DNA of 64,000 nucleotides from assembly GCA_016182915.1 (NCBI GenBank), contig JACPFP010000003.1, forward strand, positions 251,685 through 315,684, in the 5' to 3' direction. Source of the stretch: Candidatus Dojkabacteria bacterium (GTDB taxonomy: Bacteria; Patescibacteriota; Dojkabacteria; SC72). This document shows, piece after piece, positions 58,505 to 64,000 of this stretch. The translations under genes were made by a program, and so were the position numbers. The notes below the pieces were generated by a model, which was given only the letters and a program-made list of their open reading frames with translations, had not been told where the DNA came from and ran no database searches. Position 1 is the first letter of the stretch. Each line of letters opens with the position of its first letter.

Positions 58505-61500
58505 TTACTTAATCGTTGGCTTATTGTTTCTATTTCTGACATAGAGATATGCTACACCACCAGCTCCAAGAAGGGCAACTGCGAGGAGAACATATTTTAA
58601 CCAATCCCAAACAGTATTCTCATCTTTCTTATTAGAATCACCATTTGTACTCTCTTTGTCTCCAGTTCCTTTAACATCCTCTTCTTCATTATCACCATTG
58701 TCACTTCCATTTCCTCCATTCTCTTCCTCATTTCCACCGTTATTGTTATTTCCTGTTCCAGCTCCTTGAACCTCTCCACCTTCATCGATGATGGTTCCAG
58801 GAACAACTGTTACAACTGTGTCTGCAGTGAAGTCTGAGCTGTTATCTGCATCATCTACTGCTCTAACGGCGTAGAAATACTCAAGGTCGCAGTTAGGAAC
58901 GGTATCGGTGTATGTGACTTCTTGATTTGGTGTTGCTGATATAACTGTAACTAGGGTTGAACTGTTCGCAACAAATGATTTCTCTGTTGACCTGAATACC
59001 TGTACTTTTGATGTTTCTCCATCATTTGCGGTTGTAAAGGTGAGGGTATATGTACATGTACCCTTTGTCTTCTCGTAGTTCTTAACTAGTTCTGGTCCTG
59101 TGAGGTCTAGAAGCATTGAAACTTCAGAAGAGGTTGTAGTATCAGCACCTGCATTAGCTACAACTCTAAATTCATATGTTCCTTCAGTTGAAAGAACTGA
59201 GCTATCAACTACACAGTCTGCGCTATCTCCACCTGCTCCAAGATCAAATGTTGATCCGAAGTTTGAGAAGGATCCTTCTCCTGGTTTCATAACCTGACAG
59301 TCTGCGGTTACGTCTCTACCCTCTATGTCTAAAGCTACGAATCCTAACTTCATACTTGTTTTATTAAATACTGTCTTTGGTTGCTCAACTCTAACGGCTA
59401 GGCTGTCTGCGGCATTTGCCTGCATTGGATTCATTAGTGAAAATACACCTGCAAGTATTACGAATGATGCAAGTACTCCTTTTTCCAATCTTCTCTTATG
59501 TGGTCCTACTGCAAATAGTATTAGACCAACGAGAAGAGAGATAATTCCGAGTATAGTTAGAAGGGTTTCAGCTCCTGTATTTGGGAGGGATACTCCTAAT
59601 ACTTCTGCATTTCCTTCTTCAATATCATTTACAACTCTTACGTTAGAGTCTGCGAAGAACCCTACTTCTCCATCTCCAATAACTGGATCGGAAACTACAT
59701 CGTCACCCTTTACCCATGCTAGATCTTCATACGTTCCTGCATCTTGTGATGTGGAGATGTTAGCAAGGTATGTAAGGACAACTTCGTCTCCTTCTTCCAT
59801 ATCGCCTACCAACCATGTTCCGAGTGAACCATATGATGGCTGAGGTACAGGGATTGAGACTCCATTCTTCTTAGCCGTCCAAGTGCCTGACTCATAGCTA
59901 AATCCTTCAGGCATAAGGTCTGTAACAACTACGTTACTCAAAAGGTATGGAGAGTCCGTAGAAGCGACTTCTACATCTGTTGGTATAACCGCTTCTTCAG
60001 TTGCAGGAGGAGCGGTTACAACTAATGTGTATGTAACGGCATCACCAGCCAAAAGATCGACACCACTCTTATCGTTGAACTTTGTAATCTTAAGTTCAGG
60101 ATTTACTACTTCGTTTCTACACTCATATGTAACAGGCTCGTTGCTTCCAACTTCAACGTTGAAGTCATTAACTACATCAAGAATTTTTTCCTCTTCTTTA
60201 ATATTGCATCCGTGGAATATAAACCCATCCTTTTCAAGCTCAGTTAGGTTGTATGACCCAGGATTGAGGTAATATACAGCTACTTTACTATCATCGCCGT
60301 TATCTGAAATGTATGGACTGTCTTCCACTGCAGAAACTACCTGTCCCTCAGAATCTCTAACTTCAGTTTCAAATTCGACTGAAGAGATAACTTCTTCTAC
60401 TCCTTCTTCAACCTCTCTAAAGAGATCCTTCTCAACTGTCAATATTGCAGGTAATTGCTGGTTTACGATTGTAGCGACAGTTGTTTGATTAGGAACGACG
60501 GTTACCTGGACTCCATCTTCACCAGCTTCCTCATCTCCTTCATATCCATAGATCTGGTAATCAGAGTTCTCTAATTCTGTTACGTCGTACTGTCCTGGGA
60601 GTAGGTTAATATATTCAACGTAGTTTCCTGGAGTTACAGTCTCTGTGTTAGAACCATTTAACTCAAATTGGAACTCAGTTGTATCACCAGCTACTAACTC
60701 TCCATTTACATCAACAAGTTGCTTATATACTTGAATTGACCCTACTTGTACTCTGTTTACACAATATACAGTAACGGAATCGCCACTTGTTAGGTCGTTA
60801 AGTTCTAATTCAGCCGCGAGTTCTCCCTCTCTACCAACTCTACAACCCATATTCTCATATCCATATTCAGAGACTTCTGTAAGGTCATAATCACCAGGAA
60901 CAACTGACAGTACAGCGACCTTTGGTAAATCTTCATCATCAGAAATAACGCCAGAGTCTGAATCCGTAGTATCATCTACTCCATCAAGGTTTACAGTGAA
61001 CTCAGTATTATCGTTAATGTCCTGGTCGTCATAGTTGATAACATCTTTATATACAGTTACTGTTGCATCGTTCTGCCAGTTTGTACATGTAACAACATTA
61101 CCTGTTGTATCATTTGAAGATAGAGTTACACCAATTCCACATCCCATTTCAGTATAATCTGGATTATTTGTTTCCTGAACATAGTATGACCCTGGATTTA
61201 CTACCACATTCAAGTATGGATTCTCTTCCGAGATTGTAATCCCTTCATATCCTACTACTGGATCGTTTGTAGCACTATCATAAACTGTAACTGTGAATTC
61301 TTCATTATCTACAACATCTCCTACTCCATTTGGTCCTAATACATTCTTTTCAATATCAAAACTTGCAACTTTCTGTTTATTAATACATGTTACAGAATTT
61401 TCATGGTCATTACTTTCAACAACAATTTCTAAGTTATCACAGTTCATTCTCTCATAATCATCATTTGGAGTTTCTGTTAAGTAGTATGTCCCAGGATTAA

Positions 61501-64000
61501 GATCTTCAAATGTGGCGTCACTTAATTCTGAGATTGTCTTTGTACTTTCGTATGCATATGTTCCTTCTGTAGTTTCTAGGTTTGCAGTTAAGGTCACATC
61601 AAAAGTCGTTGCATCTGCCACTTCACCACCGTCTGGATTTATAACGTCTTTACTTACAGTTATTGAACCAACCATCTGCTGGTTAGTACAGGTTACAATG
61701 GTTTCTGTTGAACCTGAAGTAAGGGTAACTTCGCTTTCGACACAACCTAATGATGCATAATTTTCATTACCTACTTCTTCTACTGTGTAAGTTCCAGGAA
61801 CCAGCCCATCAACTACCAATCCTGTCTGAGATTCCAAAGCTGCTATTAAACCTGACTCGACGGTTTGGCCTTCGAAAAGAATATTTACAGTAAATTCAGT
61901 ACTATCGTAGACTACACTACCATCTGGATTTAACATCAACTTAAAGATTGTCATCATTGCCAACTTTTGATCATTGACACATGTAATACTTACTTCAGAA
62001 CCGCTTGATAACTCACCTGTTGATAAGTTGTTACAATTTACACTTGTATATAGAGGATTCTCTAGCTCGTTTATGTAATATGTATATCCTGGATAAACAT
62101 CATAATAGGCGCTATTTGCTGTCATCCCTTCGTAAATCTCTTTTGTTCCAAGAGCAACTATTACGTTTAGATCAAAGTCTTTAATTTCAACATTGAAGTG
62201 AGTGTCATCACTTACATCTGTCACTCCATCAGGAGCCATAACCTCTTTATCTACATAGATCCTAGCCCAATCCTGACTATTTGTAATGGTAAGGTTAGTT
62301 GATGTATCTTTAACAACAACTAACTGCGCTCCGGAGGTGTTAACGTCTAGATCAGTACTAAATCCAACAAAGTTATAATCGGAAGGAACAATTTCTGTAA
62401 TAGTGTGATTACCAACTCTTACGTTGAAGAACGTTACGAATTCTCCCCCCTGAACAACCTGAGCTGTTCCCATATTTCCATCAAGTACTACTGTGAAATT
62501 TGTATCATCATTTGTAACTTCGAATAGTCCATCTGGAGTTGTCAAAACTTTTGTAACAACAATATCGCCAACTTGGACTTTATTTACACAGTAAATATCT
62601 ACACTTTGGTTGCTTCCGAGTGTGAGGTCTAATGTAGTATCTAATGATCCGGTTGTGGAAATCTTACAACCCATGTTATCAAATCCAAATTCTGCATCCT
62701 CGGTTAGTAGATAATCTCCAGGTACAACAGTGAAAGTTTCAGGGGTCTGTAACGAGAGATCTAGAGATGTATCTTGAATTGTTCCAGTACCTTCATAAAC
62801 AGTACTGTTAACGCCATCTAGGTTTACAGTGAATTCTGTGTTGTCTACAATATTTGAGTTATCATAATCTCTAACGTCTTTATAAACATTTACGGTTGCA
62901 TTCTTTTGAGCGTTTACACATGTAAGAGAAGTACTTCCTCCTGGTGTAATCGTAAATTCATAACTATTACATTGAGATGCATTTGTTTGGTCGTAGTTAG
63001 AGTTACTATCTTCATTAATCGTATACGTACCTGGGTTAAGGGAAAGTACTGCTGGTGAATTTTCTGAGATAGGTTCATTTGAAATAACCTCTGTACCAGA
63101 AAGATCTACTGTAAAGGTGGTATTATCAACAACCTCTGTTATCCCATCAGGTGCAACTACGTTCTTGTTAATAGTTAATGTCCCTTCGCTCTGTCTGTTT
63201 ACAATTATGATCTCTCTTGTCTGTGCTTCTCCTACAAGAATTTCAGCGCCATCGGAAAGGTCTGAGTCTAGTAGATTTCCCTCCATATCTGTAACTGCAT
63301 ATGCAGTGTAACCAGAAGGCATATTCGTTTCGTTTACAGTATAAGTATCAGCTGCAAGGTCTGTATAATTTACAGATCCTCCGTCAGTTAAAGTTTGTCC
63401 GTCTGCTCCATCTAATGTAACAGTAAACAACTCTGAAACGTCTACAATGTCCTCACCGTTTGGTCCCTGAACATCTTTATAAACAACTAATCCACTAGGA
63501 CTAGGGGTGTTATTAAACTGACATGTAGCATCTACAGCAGTATTTGCAGCAGTAACAGTAGCAGTTGCAATAGATCCATCAAACGTACAATTGGTTCCAC
63601 TTCCGCTATCGAAACCGTAGCCAGGAATAGATACTTCCGTTACTGTGAAATTTGTAGGAGTGTCTGCTATAAGATCAATATTCTGAATAACAACTCTATC
63701 GACTCCATCACCATCTCCAATAATACAGTATGATGATTTTCCGTTTATAGAAGGGCTAACATTAAAGCACCATTGGTTTGGGTTTGCCGTTCCATTTACA
63801 ACATCTTTTATAATTGTAAGGTCAGGAAGCTCAATTACTTGATTCGCTGGTACTGGAACATTTTGCTGTCCAGACTGTTCTAAAACCCCGCCAGATGCGT
63901 TTAATCTACTGTGCTGTGAAGATCCATTACAACCACCAGCCTCTTCTGAAAGCTGTAAAGTATACTCAACTAAAGCTGAACCTGTTGGGTGTGAGAATGT
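58505..64000 (-). CDS. Giant pilin-like CnaB/SpaA-repeat sortase substrate with an internal LPNTG signal and a fused second exported protein; 5' end lies outside the window
   Basis: The frame stays open from 64000 (TFSHPTGSALVE...), giving at least 1831 aa. About 12 repeats of ~95 aa (V.K.V...F.V.L...PG.Y.V.E...C.N), a DUF11-like domain, LPNTG at 59573-59587, TM, signal-peptide-like segment, Ig/FN3 domains and a final TM. Confidence 0.9.
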   Translation of the reverse strand, partial: TFSHPTGSALVEYTLQLSEEAGGCNGSSQHSRLNASGGVLEQSGQQNVPVPANQVIELPDLTIIKDVVNGTANPNQWCFNVSPSINGKSSYCIIGDGDGVDRVVIQNIDLIADTPTNFTVTEVSIPGYGFDSGSGTNCTFDGSIATATVTAANTAVDATCQFNNTPSPSGLVVYKDVQGPNGEDIVDVSELFTVTLDGADGQTLTDGGSVNYTDLAADTYTVNETNMPSGYTAYAVTDMEGNLLDSDLSDGAEILVGEAQTREIIIVNRQSEGTLTINKNVVAPDGITEVVDNTTFTVDLSGTEVISNEPISENSPAVLSLNPGTYTINEDSNSNYDQTNASQCNSYEFTITPGGSTSLTCVNAQKNATVNVYKDVRDYDNSNIVDNTEFTVNLDGVNSTVYEGTGTIQDTSLDLSLQTPETFTVVPGDYLLTEDAEFGFDNMGCKISTTGSLDTTLDLTLGSNQSVDIYCVNKVQVGDIVVTKVLTTPDGLFEVTNDDTNFTVVLDGNMGTAQVVQGGEFVTFFNVRVGNHTITEIVPSDYNFVGFSTDLDVNTSGAQLVVVKDTSTNLTITNSQDWARIYVDKEVMAPDGVTDVSDDTHFNVEIKDFDLNVIVALGTKEIYEGMTANSAYYDVYPGYTYYINELENPLYTSVNCNNLSTGELSSGSEVSITCVNDQKLAMMTIFKLMLNPDGSVVYDSTEFTVNILFEGQTVESGLIAALESQTGLVVDGLVPGTYTVEEVGNENYASLGCVESEVTLTSGSTETIVTCTNQQMVGSITVSKDVINPDGGEVADATTFDVTLTANLETTEGTYAYESTKTISELSDATFEDLNPGTYYLTETPNDDYERMNCDNLEIVVESNDHENSVTCINKQKVASFDIEKNVLGPNGVGDVVDNEEFTVTVYDSATNDPVVGYEGITISEENPYLNVVVNPGSYYVQETNNPDYTEMGCGIGVTLSSNDTTGNVVTCTNWQNDATVTVYKDVINYDDQDINDNTEFTVNLDGVDDTTDSDSGVISDDEDLPKVAVLSVVPGDYDLTEVSEYGYENMGCRVGREGELAAELELNDLTSGDSVTVYCVNRVQVGSIQVYKQLVDVNGELVAGDTTEFQFELNGSNTETVTPGNYVEYINLLPGQYDVTELENSDYQIYGYEGDEEAGEDGVQVTVVPNQTTVATIVNQQLPAILTVEKDLFREVEEGVEEVISSVEFETEVRDSEGQVVSAVEDSPYISDNGDDSKVAVYYLNPGSYNLTELEKDGFIFHGCNIKEEEKILDVVNDFNVEVGSNEPVTYECRNEVVNPELKITKFNDKSGVDLLAGDAVTYTLVVTAPPATEEAVIPTDVEVASTDSPYLLSNVVVTDLMPEGFSYESGTWTAKKNGVSIPVPQPSYGSLGTWLVGDMEEGDEVVLTYLANISTSQDAGTYEDLAWVKGDDVVSDPVIGDGEVGFFADSNVRVVNDIEEGNAEVLGVSLPNTGAETLLTILGIISLLVGLILFAVGPHKRRLEKGVLASFVILAGVFSLMNPMQANAADSLAVRVEQPKTVFNKTSMKLGFVALDIEGRDVTADCQVMKPGEGSFSNFGSTFDLGAGGDSADCVVDSSVLSTEGTYEFRVVANAGADTTTSSEVSMLLDLTGPELVKNYEKTKGTCTYTLTFTTANDGETSKVQVFRSTEKSFVANSSTLVTVISATPNQEVTYTDTVPNCDLEYFYAVRAVDDADNSSDFTADTVVTVVPGTIIDEGGEVQGAGTGNNNNGGNEEENGGNGSDNGDNEEEDVKGTGDKESTNGDSNKKDENTVWDWLKYVLLAVALLGAGGVAYLYVRNRNNKPTIK

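Noticed and set aside
1-64000. CRISPR array, IS element, prophage or alternative genetic code
   Set aside because: No regularly spaced repeats or transposase/phage hallmark genes were seen. The RecD-like helicase and M23 peptidase alone do not indicate a phage. Conserved genes are intact under code 11, and TGA is used as a stop.

Overview
AT-rich, densely coding bacterial chromosome segment in the standard genetic code. Gene style and content resemble a Patescibacteria/CPR genome, possibly Dojkabacteria/WWE3-like; this is inference only, as no rRNA or ribosomal marker is present. From left to right: a truncated TIM-barrel glycoside-hydrolase-like gene; small hypotheticals; an MsrB-MsrA fusion; a Na+/Ca2+ antiporter; a CIRCE-controlled Hsp20; a CsoR-regulated copper operon; tRNA-Lys(CTT); recO within a glycosyltransferase operon; two tandem giant surface proteins; an acidic Zn-ribbon protein; secA; a DNRLRE-M23 peptidase; a ~16 kb surface-glycan cluster (gmd, flippase, GT4/GT2/GT-C, methyltransferases); VKOR-DsbA; a RecD-like helicase; a third giant surface protein; an esterase; truB; pyrD; and a sortase next to a giant pilin-like protein that runs off the right edge. 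Two observations stand out. (1) The sortase's neighbour looks like a polyprotein: an internal LPNTG-TM-basic sorting signal is followed in frame by a second signal peptide and a second membrane-anchored Ig/FN3 protein. (2) The two tandem giant surface genes share a ~270-aa C-terminal anchor module but have unrelated N-terminal regions. They are separated by a base-resolved junction that fuses the promoter and ATG of the downstream flanking gene to the last codons of the upstream flanking gene. No CRISPR array, transposase, integrase, reverse transcriptase or prophage gene was recognised.
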